Positions 8,693-17,377 of a stretch of DNA of 64,000 nt are shown piece by piece (position 1 is the stretch's first letter; every line of letters begins with the position of its first letter). The stretch comes from Candidatus Hydrogenedentota bacterium (GTDB lineage Bacteria; Hydrogenedentota; Hydrogenedentia; Hydrogenedentales; SLHB01). The DNA is taken from assembly GCA_045863295.1 (NCBI GenBank), contig BTWA01000012.1:1-64000 (forward strand), in the 5' to 3' direction. The notes under the pieces were generated by a model that was given only the letters and a program-made list of their open reading frames with translations, had not been told where the DNA came from and ran no database searches. The translations under genes and the position numbers were made by a program.

Positions 8693-10377
8693 CTCGGATC
8701 GGCACGGTAATCTGGGCAAAACACCGAATGGCCGTGCAGCAAGTATTGTCGGTCCGAAATGAGTCAAAACTTAAAGTAGCTGTGGTTTCGGTGTCTGCAT
8801 TTATGCTTTGGGCCGGTGCTTTTGTAGCGTTCTATGCTGGATTTGCTTGGTTGATATCCTATGGTCAGGATCCCACATTGGGATTGAGTATCGGTTCCAT
8901 TATCATGACAAGGCTGCTGTCAGTATTTGCGCTTGCCCTGTTTTTCATGCTTCTTTTTTCGAACGTCTTGATTGCTTTCTCCACGCTGTACAAGTCACGC
9001 GAAGTGCCCTATCTATTGCATACCCCGCTTACGTTCTGGGAATTCTTCTTGGCGCGATTTGCCGAATGTGTGGTTTTCAGTTCCTGGGCATCGGCTTTTT
9101 TGGGGTCTCCGCTCATTTTGGCGTATGGCCTGGTTATCGATGCTCCTGTGGCATTCTACATTGCCGCACTCGCTTTTTATCTGCCCTACGTTACAATTCC
9201 CGCGGCGCTCGGTGCGATTGTTGCGATTCTCCTCGTGCGCATTTTCCCGAAATTACCTCGCAGCAGTATGGTTGGCGCGGCTATGATAGCTTCCTTTTTC
9301 ATGTTCTTGTATCTTCGAACGGTGCTCCGGGAATTGTCCGGCGCGGAAGCGAGTATGGCGAGCATTCTGGAAGCTTTGAATCGAACGCAGTCGAGTTGGA
9401 TGCCAAGTTATTGGGCCGCTAGTGGTGTGCTTGCGACGACTCAAGGAGAGTATGGGCAAGCCCTGTATCACTTCGGACTGCTGCTTTCAAATGCACTGTT
9501 CCTAGTTCTGTTTGCTGCGATTCTGGCGCAACGCATCTATTATCCTGGCTGGTCTGCATTGCTGGGACACGGCGATTCCAAGAGACCGCCGGGCCGGGGT
9601 TGGCTCAGCAGTATTGATCGGCTCTTCTTGCTATTGCGCGATCCTGTGCGATCATTAGTGATCAAAGACGTTCGACTTTTTTGGCGCGATCCTGTGCAAT
9701 GGTCTCAGTTTATCATTTTCTTTGGAATCATGGCAGTGTACATAGCAAGTTTGCGCACCCGTTCTGGTACTTACAGCAGCGAGGCGTTTCGAAATTGGGT
9801 AGTTTGCGTGAACATGGGTGCGTGTACTCTAATACTGGCGACTTTGACAAGCCGATTTGTGTTTCCTTTGATTAGCTTGGAAGGAAGGCGTTTTTGGATT
9901 ATTGGTTTGGCTCCTTTGACGTTTAAGACCTTGGTACTTCAGAAATTCTGGCTGAGCGTGCTCACAGCCTCTGTTTTTACAGTTACGCTTGTCATAATCT
10001 CATGCATGAGTTTGCGTGTGGAGCCTCTCGTGTTCGCGTTGTCCTTGTACACCATTATCATTACCAACTTTGCTTTGTCCGGTCTTGCTGTTGGGCTGGG
10101 AAGTCTTTACCCAAACTTCCAGGAGGATAACCCCGCTCGCATCGTGTCTGGTATGGGGGGAACGCTGAATTTGCTATTGAGCATGGCCTATATTGCCATC
10201 GTAATCGGGGCGCAGACATTTATCCTTCAGTGGAGGGCATTGGGTTTTTATGCGGATGTGCGGGCATTCTGGTTTGCACTGGGCGCCGTGCTCACGCTTG
10301 TTACCGCGCTAAGCGTACTGTGCACGTTCGTGCCCATGCGATTGGGTCTGAAGAATCTGACCCGGGCCGAGTATTGA
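8689..10377 (+). CDS. Putative ABC-2 type permease subunit (many TM helices)
   Basis: Highly hydrophobic, KDVRLFWRDP and FPLISLEGRRFW motifs, ATGA-coupled to the ATPase. Confidence 0.85.
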   Translation: MTRIGTVIWAKHRMAVQQVLSVRNESKLKVAVVSVSAFMLWAGAFVAFYAGFAWLISYGQDPTLGLSIGSIIMTRLLSVFALALFFMLLFSNVLIAFSTLYKSREVPYLLHTPLTFWEFFLARFAECVVFSSWASAFLGSPLILAYGLVIDAPVAFYIAALAFYLPYVTIPAALGAIVAILLVRIFPKLPRSSMVGAAMIASFFMFLYLRTVLRELSGAEASMASILEALNRTQSSWMPSYWAASGVLATTQGEYGQALYHFGLLLSNALFLVLFAAILAQRIYYPGWSALLGHGDSKRPPGRGWLSSIDRLFLLLRDPVRSLVIKDVRLFWRDPVQWSQFIIFFGIMAVYIASLRTRSGTYSSEAFRNWVVCVNMGACTLILATLTSRFVFPLISLEGRRFWIIGLAPLTFKTLVLQKFWLSVLTASVFTVTLVIISCMSLRVEPLVFALSLYTIIITNFALSGLAVGLGSLYPNFQEDNPARIVSGMGGTLNLLLSMAYIAIVIGAQTFILQWRALGFYADVRAFWFALGAVLTLVTALSVLCTFVPMRLGLKNLTRAEY

Positions 10378-10390
10378 GGCGCGGATGAAA

Positions 10391-11392
10391 CTACGACACT
10401 TTGCAGTTCGTCGACTTAGCAGTCAGCGAGTGTCCCTGGCTTCCGCGTGGTCGCTTTCTTGATACCTTGTGAAGACGCTGAGCAATTATCCTGAATACGT
10501 CAGGATTCCAGGCAAGTCCACAATGCGTGCCCCTTACTTCGATGTCCACCCTTTTGTCTTCGGTTCGACACATTTGCCAGTCCACTATGCCATCGCTCTT
10601 TGTGTAAATGGCCGTTTGATCCACCGACGTGGGAAATCCGCTCCGCCATGTACAGGCAAAACCGCAAGAACAAGCCGCTGTGAAACAATCATTGGAATGC
10701 GGCTGCAACTCCTTTGGTCGTGCAACTTTGTTGAGATGTATCTTTTGGTGCACCAGGCCGCTCATGTACAACACAAAGGGATGGACTCGTACGCCGCGCA
10801 AAGGGGATCCCATCGTAATAACCGACGCAATCTTGTCAGGGTGCGACGCGGCCAGAGAACGGGCGATAACGCCGCCAAAACTGTGCCCAATCAGATGGAC
10901 TTTTCTCCCCGTCTTTTGAAATGCCCGATTTACCGTGGTCAACAAGTGCCGCATTAAGATGGCAGGACAATCCGCGTTGCGGCCAATACGCGAGAAGTAA
11001 GGCTTATACTTCATGCGGTAAAGCCATGTGAATAATTCCAGCAAGTACAGGTCAGTAGCGAGGAAACCGGGCACGAGGACAACGGCGGAACCATCGCCCC
11101 TTGGCACTCCAAAACCGTAATATACGCTGGACGACCGGAGCCTTACCCAATCAATCCCCAGGAGCGATTCCCGCCAGATTGGCAGGTCGGCCGGTGTCAA
11201 CTGATCGACCTTAAGATTCGATCGGTGCTTTGAGGTGGGAAGAGCTTTGACCTTGGAGGGGCGTGTCCTACGGGGTTGTTGCCGCTTAGGGGAATTGCCT
11301 TCGTGAAGTTCAGCCTTGGCTACTGACCGAGTCTTCGCGGCGTTGGCCGCAATAGCACGACCTTTTCGCTTTGGAGCTGAATTCGTGTTCAT
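10391..11392 (-). CDS. Alpha/beta hydrolase (lipase/esterase, PGAP1-like)
   Basis: LVPGF oxyanion motif, GHSFGG nucleophile, DGIV, THCGL; basic disordered N-terminus. Confidence 0.85.
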   Translation of the reverse strand: MNTNSAPKRKGRAIAANAAKTRSVAKAELHEGNSPKRQQPRRTRPSKVKALPTSKHRSNLKVDQLTPADLPIWRESLLGIDWVRLRSSSVYYGFGVPRGDGSAVVLVPGFLATDLYLLELFTWLYRMKYKPYFSRIGRNADCPAILMRHLLTTVNRAFQKTGRKVHLIGHSFGGVIARSLAASHPDKIASVITMGSPLRGVRVHPFVLYMSGLVHQKIHLNKVARPKELQPHSNDCFTAACSCGFACTWRSGFPTSVDQTAIYTKSDGIVDWQMCRTEDKRVDIEVRGTHCGLAWNPDVFRIIAQRLHKVSRKRPRGSQGHSLTAKSTNCKVS

Positions 11393-11478
11393 GCAATTTC
11401 CCCGTCCGGATTATACCATGTGAGCCAAGATTTCCCATGTCCCTTTAGTTGCGTTTAGGGAGAAGGTACTGTTACGTA

Positions 11479-11522
11479 TTGACAATTAACGCATTCCGGA
11501 GGACAATTGACTGGGGAGTCAA
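11479..11522 (+). promoter_or_regulatory. Sigma70 promoter plus inverted repeat TTGACT-N4-AGTCAA over the start site
   Basis: TTGACA (11479-11484), 17 nt, GACAAT (11502-11507); palindrome at 11507-11522. Confidence 0.55.
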
Positions 11523-11561
11523 CCACGCAGCCACGCACCCGTGGCGGCGAGAGAAGCCGGC

Positions 11562-11855
11562 ATGAAAGCATTTCACTGCCCGAAGTGCGGGGTCGAGATG
11601 AGCGAGACCGATCCAGTTTGTCCCGAGTGTAACGAAATTCTAGTGTCTGACGCCGCGCGCGCGGAGATTGACCGTGAATGTACCTTCGGTTGCATCGAAT
11701 GTGGATTTCTCACGGCGCTTGGAATCGCGTTGTGTGCGATGGCATGGTGGGAGTCCACGTTGGCTATACCAGGATTTACGCTGATTATTCTCGCTGCATT
11801 GCCTTTCTTGGGCAATATGCATATTCGGCATCATCTTCATCGCGGAGCAAAATAA
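11562..11855 (+). CDS. Small zinc-ribbon membrane protein
   Basis: CPKC-x10-CPEC, two TM segments, His-rich C-terminus; promoter upstream. Confidence 0.65.
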   Translation: MKAFHCPKCGVEMSETDPVCPECNEILVSDAARAEIDRECTFGCIECGFLTALGIALCAMAWWESTLAIPGFTLIILAALPFLGNMHIRHHLHRGAK

Positions 11856-11876
11856 ACGCTGACTCCATTTCCCAGT

Positions 11877-14813
11877 TTACTCGCGTGAACCAGCGACCAC
11901 TCTAAATGACTCTTGTTTATTGTCGCGTAGAACGACTATGTCAATTTCTTCACCCACTTTTAATGCCTCGATGGCATATGTGTAGTCATAGATATTACCG
12001 ATAGTCTTGCCACCTACTTTTACAATGACATCGCCACTACGAATGCCAGCGGCCTCTGCCGGCCCACCCTTCGACACGCCGCCGAGTTTGACTCCCTGGA
12101 CGTCAGTTTGGGCATAGTCCGGGATTGTGCCCAAATAGGCGCGAAGCGATGCGCGCATTCCCTGGTCTTCGGGTTTGGTTTGTTCAATGTAGTCGGGTAC
12201 TGTATCGGCCGTCGCCAACGAACGAGTAACCAAGGCCAGGAATTGGGCAATCTTTGCTGCGCCTTCATAGTTAATTTTTTCTGCCGTGTCCCTGGGGGTA
12301 TGATAGTCTTCGTGCGCTCCGGTATAGGCGCTTAAGAACGGAACGCCTTTCATGAACAGAGAAGTGGCATCTGTTGGCAAGTACGCATCTTGTTGCAAAG
12401 TAAGGGTCAGGCCGACCGGCACATTGGCCCGCTCAATCTCGCCCGGCCAGATCGAACTGGTGCCTACGCCGGCCAGTGCCAAATTGTCTCGCAGGCGGCC
12501 AATCATGTCCATATTGATGTAGGCAGCAATAGAAGGGGAGAGGGCATCGCTCCCTATTGACTCGGCCAGTTGATTCGCGTAGTGACTCGATCCCAGCAAC
12601 CCCAATTCTTCGCCGGACCAAGCCGCAAAAACGACGTCTTTTTTGAGCACAGGTTCACCACGTAGCTTGATTCCCGCGAAGTAGGCCGCAATCTCAAGCA
12701 TGCCTGCGACGCCGGATGCATTGTCATCGGCCCCATAATGAATCATTCCCACCTCATTGGGCCGCGCAAGCGAAGAGGCTCCGCCGGCACCCTCCCCTAG
12801 GTGATCAACATGGGCGCCGACCAGGATCGCTTGGTGCTTGGATACAGAACCCGACTGCAATCGTCCAAGCACGTTTTTCCCCGTGCTTTTTTCGTGCACA
12901 ATATCGATGGTGGCGGAAACAGTCAGGGACGGCAGGTCAAATCCCATGACCGGGATGCCGTTGTCCAACTCGGATTGTAGTTCGGCGAGTGAATTTTCAG
13001 CGCGCGAGAATAGGACGTCTGCTACGGCATTCGTGACCGAAATTCCGCCTATACCTGCACCGCTCAGAGACGCGTCGAACGCCAGTTTTACCAGTTCGTC
13101 CTTGGTCTGCGTATTGGGTCCCGTGACAACAATGATGCCACGAGCTCCTTTATCACGCGCTACCATTGCTTTGTATCGAAGACTTGCAAATCGACTGTAA
13201 TGCGCACGCTCTTCAACCGAAACGTTTTCCGGTACGTACCGAAGCAACAACACCCATTTGTCTGTAACATCCAGGTGTGCATAGCTGTCGTATTCGCCAA
13301 TGCTGCCCTCGGTGGGAGCCACGATACCGTACCCCGCAAAGACCACGGTTGATGCTTCGATGGTTCCGACCGAAGAAAAGGCCAACGGCCGCCAGTCTTC
13401 GTCGGCTACGAAAGAATGGGGTGTGTCTGTTCCCGTCAGTCTTACTGTCACAGCATTTGACCCACCGAGAGACACTCCGGCGGTGAAATCAAAGGATTGA
13501 AAGTACGTTCCATTGTCTCCAGCAGGAACCAGTCCCAGGTTTTTGAATAGTCCAGCGACATAGTCGACGGCTTTCTGCTCGCCCTCGGTTCCCGTCAGCC
13601 GTCCAGCCATCTCATCTGATGCGAGCGCTGTTACAACCGATTTCATGTCTTCCGGCACTATTGCGCTGTTCGCCGAAGGCGAGATCGGTTCCGATTCCGT
13701 TGGCGCAGATGCGGTATTCGCCGAGCCCAGGGCTGCCAGGGCGGCGTCGTGATTCCAATTCGAAAGATACAACTGGGATGTTCCGCTCGCAGTGCGATTG
13801 CTTGTCCAGCAAAGATGATTGCCATCCGGGGAAAAGACTGGAAGCCCGTCGAACTTTGGCGTATAGGTCACTCGCACTGGCTCTTTTTCACCTGCTGTGT
13901 CCACCAGATACAGTTCGAAATTGTCAAAGCCGTGCTTGTTCGTCGTAAAGACAATGTATTTCCCGGATGGATGATAGTAAGGTGCCCACGACATCGCCCC
14001 TAGCCGCGTAATCTGTCGACTGTCAGTTCCGTCCAATGCGGCTGTATATACTTCGGCCGTTGCGCCGTCTTCCGAGAACCGTCGCCAGATAATGCGGCTG
14101 CCGTCAGGACTGAAAAAGGGACCTCCGTCATATCCGGGCGATGCTGTTATTCTCTGAACGTTTGAACCGTCGGCATTCATGACATACAAGTCCATGAAGT
14201 ACGATGGGTCCCTGTCGAGCAATTCCTTTTCCGCGTCGGTTAAGGCACGGTTATATGCTTCCCGATTTGAAGCAAAGACTATTAATCTACCATCGGGGGA
14301 CCATGATCCTTCCGCATCGTAGCCGACGGCATTGGTCAGATTGGCGGGTTCTCCTTCCGGCAGGGATTTTTCAAAAATCTCGTACGCCGGGTCGTAATCC
14401 CAACTGTATCTCCGTTCCTTTCCCGACGCGCGAAAGTCCAATTCCTCCTGCTGTTTTCTATGTGTCTCGGGATCAAGGTGAGTAGACGCAAACAACGCCT
14501 TGTCGCCAGACGGGTGTATCCACGCGCAAGTTGTCTTCCCAGTTCCGGGCGACACCCTGCGAGTATCACCGGTTGTCAGGTCCAGCAAGTAAATTTGACA
14601 GAACGGATTGTCAGCAACGCGCTCGCTTTGAAAGATCAATTTTGTACCGTCAGAGCTGAAATACCCTTCACCCGCACGCTTTCCTTCAAAGGTTAGCTGC
14701 CGTGCCGAGGTAATGAACTGCTGCTCCCGGGCCGTATCGTCTGGTGTTTCCTGTGCATGGAGAGTGTAGGAGACCCATGCGACAAGACAAAGTCGGATCC
14801 AATGGCTGGACAT
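11877..14813 (-). CDS. Secreted M28 aminopeptidase with TolB-like (PD40) propeller, PA and PDZ domains
   Basis: Repeated YDAEGSWSPDG / YDGGPFFSPDG; GAHVDHLG, GADDNASG, GEELGLLGS, DYHTPRD; C-terminal PDZ (YLGTIPD..GGPAEAAG). Confidence 0.92.
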   Translation of the reverse strand: MSSHWIRLCLVAWVSYTLHAQETPDDTAREQQFITSARQLTFEGKRAGEGYFSSDGTKLIFQSERVADNPFCQIYLLDLTTGDTRRVSPGTGKTTCAWIHPSGDKALFASTHLDPETHRKQQEELDFRASGKERRYSWDYDPAYEIFEKSLPEGEPANLTNAVGYDAEGSWSPDGRLIVFASNREAYNRALTDAEKELLDRDPSYFMDLYVMNADGSNVQRITASPGYDGGPFFSPDGSRIIWRRFSEDGATAEVYTAALDGTDSRQITRLGAMSWAPYYHPSGKYIVFTTNKHGFDNFELYLVDTAGEKEPVRVTYTPKFDGLPVFSPDGNHLCWTSNRTASGTSQLYLSNWNHDAALAALGSANTASAPTESEPISPSANSAIVPEDMKSVVTALASDEMAGRLTGTEGEQKAVDYVAGLFKNLGLVPAGDNGTYFQSFDFTAGVSLGGSNAVTVRLTGTDTPHSFVADEDWRPLAFSSVGTIEASTVVFAGYGIVAPTEGSIGEYDSYAHLDVTDKWVLLLRYVPENVSVEERAHYSRFASLRYKAMVARDKGARGIIVVTGPNTQTKDELVKLAFDASLSGAGIGGISVTNAVADVLFSRAENSLAELQSELDNGIPVMGFDLPSLTVSATIDIVHEKSTGKNVLGRLQSGSVSKHQAILVGAHVDHLGEGAGGASSLARPNEVGMIHYGADDNASGVAGMLEIAAYFAGIKLRGEPVLKKDVVFAAWSGEELGLLGSSHYANQLAESIGSDALSPSIAAYINMDMIGRLRDNLALAGVGTSSIWPGEIERANVPVGLTLTLQQDAYLPTDATSLFMKGVPFLSAYTGAHEDYHTPRDTAEKINYEGAAKIAQFLALVTRSLATADTVPDYIEQTKPEDQGMRASLRAYLGTIPDYAQTDVQGVKLGGVSKGGPAEAAGIRSGDVIVKVGGKTIGNIYDYTYAIEALKVGEEIDIVVLRDNKQESFRVVAGSRE

Positions 14814-14919
14814 GGCGGGTATTACTTCCTGAAGGTTTAAGCGCTGCACTTTCGATAAGAACTATTCAAGGCAACAGAGTTGGTAGTTAATATACATTAA
14901 CAAAAAATCGCCTTAATAA

Positions 14920-15765
14920 TCAATTGCCAATCAGCGCCCCATATCCTTCCCGGAAAGTCGGAAACTTAAATCGATAGCCGGATTCCCGGAGAAGGCTACT
15001 GTCGCAGCGCTTGTTGGATCGCTGCGCTCGTACGCTCGGCTCGACAACGTCCGACGTTGCTGGCTCCGCAGCCCCAACTTGGTGCGCTATCCAGCGCAAC
15101 AAAGCTCCCCTCTCCACGGGTTCGCAGTCTACGCCCACATAGAGCCTTTCGGGCGACGCCAGCTCCATGAGATGATGCAGTGCCCCCGCGCAATCGTCGC
15201 GATGTATCAGGTTCGAGATTACCGGAGTAGGCCCAATTATAGCGAGACCATCACGTACTTGTTGGATAAGCCTGTCGCGTCCAGGGCCGTATATCCCGGC
15301 CAACCGCAATATCGTTGCGGGAAATCCACTGCACCAGAATATGTCCTCTCCTTCCCGAATGGCAGTCCCAGAAAAGTGAACGGGAGCGGCCAATGATTCT
15401 TCATTAACCACCTCGCCAGCGGACTGCGCGTAGACACCCGTACTAGAGGTGAAGAACAGCCGACGCGGGATTCGGCCTGACGATTGAAGGGCACCCATGA
15501 GGTTGCGTGGACCGTCGACATAGGCCTGCCGGTATCGTTCTTCTGAGAAACCGCCTGCAGCTGCGGTATAGAACAGGTAGTCAATGGTATGCGGCAGCAA
15601 TTGGGCGAGATTTGGGTCGGTTGCGTCCCCTATAATACGAATTGCTTCTTCAGGAACAGGGCGACTGGAACGCCGCATGGCATAGACTCGGTGCCCTGCC
15701 ATTGTCAGTCGACGTGTAAGTTCAGACCCTACGTATCCACATCCCACGATCAAGATGTCCGCCAT
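14920..15765 (-). CDS. Atypical SDR / NAD-dependent epimerase family oxidoreductase
   Basis: IVGCGYVG, SSTGVY, RLAGIYGPGR, IHRDDCA. Confidence 0.9.
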   Translation of the reverse strand: MADILIVGCGYVGSELTRRLTMAGHRVYAMRRSSRPVPEEAIRIIGDATDPNLAQLLPHTIDYLFYTAAAGGFSEERYRQAYVDGPRNLMGALQSSGRIPRRLFFTSSTGVYAQSAGEVVNEESLAAPVHFSGTAIREGEDIFWCSGFPATILRLAGIYGPGRDRLIQQVRDGLAIIGPTPVISNLIHRDDCAGALHHLMELASPERLYVGVDCEPVERGALLRWIAHQVGAAEPATSDVVEPSVRAQRSNKRCDSSLLRESGYRFKFPTFREGYGALIGN

Positions 15766-15890
15766 CGCGTATTCTTCCTGGGCAGGCCTTACTGTTCACG
15801 AACTTTGCAAGTGAGTGGGGTGATACTGCAGTCTTGGATTGGGACGAAGGTTCAGGTGTATGGCGAAATTGTCTCAGTAAGCCGAGGTAA

Positions 15891-16445
15891 TCAGTCATCA
15901 TCCTCATCGTGGCGATTGCGGCGCTTTTTCTCGCGCAAAGCGTTGGCTTTATAAAACATGGCTGGTTCAATTACAGGATCGTGCAAACCTTGTGTTTCCA
16001 CGTCACCATAGCTGACTCGTCCGCGGTACGTTCGATTGGACAGGATAATGGCAATTGCCTGACGCGACCAGCGATTGCCTTTTCGAGTAAATATACCCTT
16101 GCTGTGCAAATAATTAACTACTTTGCCCGTCGATCGGGTGTTCAAATATTCTCGAAAGATTATCCGAACGACTTCCGCTTCCCGATCATCCACCACCAGA
16201 GGCTTTTCACCGTCCTCGCCCCGCCGATAGCCGTAGGGCGCGGGCCCGGTTCCGTATCGCCCCTGCTGCACCGCATTGAGCTGGCCACGCTTTACTTTGG
16301 CCCCATGGGTCATTCTACCTGGCTGGTCGGCACTCGCAGGGGACTCCTGCAATGCTTCCTGTTCAAAGGTCTCAGAACTGGAACCATCAAGTAATCTGGT
16401 TTTCTGGTCTATGGATTCCATGGACAGTTGCTCGCGCCTTTGCAT
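15891..16445 (-). CDS. Stand-alone serine-recombinase 'Recombinase' (DNA-binding) domain protein with no catalytic domain
   Basis: GRYGTGPAPYGY..EAEVVRIIF..YLHSKGIFTRKGNRWSRQAIAIILSNRTYRG..GLHDPVIE matches the large-serine-recombinase RD pattern; no YxRxS catalytic motif and no zinc ribbon. Confidence 0.85.
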   Translation of the reverse strand: MQRREQLSMESIDQKTRLLDGSSSETFEQEALQESPASADQPGRMTHGAKVKRGQLNAVQQGRYGTGPAPYGYRRGEDGEKPLVVDDREAEVVRIIFREYLNTRSTGKVVNYLHSKGIFTRKGNRWSRQAIAIILSNRTYRGRVSYGDVETQGLHDPVIEPAMFYKANALREKKRRNRHDEDDD

Positions 16446-16542
16446 CTGTACATTGACTCAACGTTCACCGTCGTGGAACTTCGTCCTGACCGCACCCTTG
16501 CAAGACGAATTTCCCGGCGAACCGGTTTCCCAAGCTAGGCGT

Positions 16543-16571
16543 AGTGTAACGGAATCCGCCAAACATGTCAA
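16543..16571 (-). promoter_or_regulatory. Near-consensus sigma70 promoter for the recombinase-domain gene
   Basis: Minus strand TTGACA-17 nt-TACACT. Confidence 0.7.
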
Positions 16572-16678
16572 TTGTTTTCTTGATAGTTTTAACGGGTTAT
16601 CTACTCTGGGAAACGAAGTTCCATTCGGGATTGGGTGTATTTGTGTAAGTCTCTTTGTTTGAGTCGGTTACAAAGCAT

Positions 16679-16716
16679 AAAAAAACAGAAAGCCGCTCCG
16701 GGGGAACGGCTTTCTG
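16679..16716 (-). terminator. Rho-independent terminator of the GntR gene
   Basis: 10-bp stem CAGAAAGCCG/CGGCTTTCTG followed by T7 on the minus strand. Confidence 0.85.
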
Positions 16717-16759
16717 CAAAAGCCTTGTCAATGAATGTCTAGAATGTATTGTTTACTAC

Positions 16760-17203
16760 CTACTTGCCAGCCTTCTTTTTCTGCTTGGCAAGCAACAGCA
16801 GGGAAGATGGCGTCGCTGTATACGGACCTGCGTCTGTGCCGTAGCTCTTGTCGGCAATATCCAGTACTTCCTTGCCTGACATTCCCGCCGCTTTCGCTTC
16901 TGCGACCACTTCGTGCATGCGCGTAATGATCCGTTTGCGGCAATCCTCGCGGCACTTGTTTTCAATCCCTTTGTTCACAAACACGCCCATTCCCCGACGC
17001 GTGTACAGCAAGCCCATTACTTCCAAGTCGCGGTAGGCTTTTGCTACTGTATTGGGGTTGACACCAAGGCGTTCCGACAGTTCCCGAACAGACGGCAACT
17101 GATCGCCCGGTTGCAATTGGCCAGACGCGATGGCAAATTGGATGTGGTTTTCGATCTGGACATAAACGGCGACACTGCTGTTGATGTCGATGCTCGATAA
17201 CAT
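16760..17203 (-). CDS. GntR family (YtrA-like, short C-domain) transcriptional regulator
   Basis: VYVQIENHI..GDQLPSVRELSERLGVNPNTVAKAYRDLE..RRGMGVFV; AGGAG RBS. Confidence 0.93.
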   Translation of the reverse strand: MLSSIDINSSVAVYVQIENHIQFAIASGQLQPGDQLPSVRELSERLGVNPNTVAKAYRDLEVMGLLYTRRGMGVFVNKGIENKCREDCRKRIITRMHEVVAEAKAAGMSGKEVLDIADKSYGTDAGPYTATPSSLLLLAKQKKKAGK

Positions 17204-17312
17204 GCGGAGTCTCCTAGTCTTGTTCTTGAAGTCCCACGACATAGCAATCTGGCAGTAAGTGTGACCATGACGAGGGCCATGGCACTCACCCAGAATTGTT
17301 TACTTCCTAGAC

Positions 17313-17341
17313 ATTGTATACAAAATAGACGCTAAAATCAA
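17313..17341 (-). promoter_or_regulatory. GntR promoter with palindrome TTGTATACAA (17314-17323) over -10
   Basis: Minus strand TTGATT-17 nt-TACAAT; the palindrome resembles GntR-type operators. Confidence 0.6.
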
Positions 17342-17377
17342 TAGAAATAATTAAATGCTGCAAGGGAGGATATAGGA

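Noticed and set aside
15891..17242. Integrative element or prophage around the recombinase domain
   Set aside because: No catalytic domain, no phage or conjugation genes, and ordinary flanking genes.
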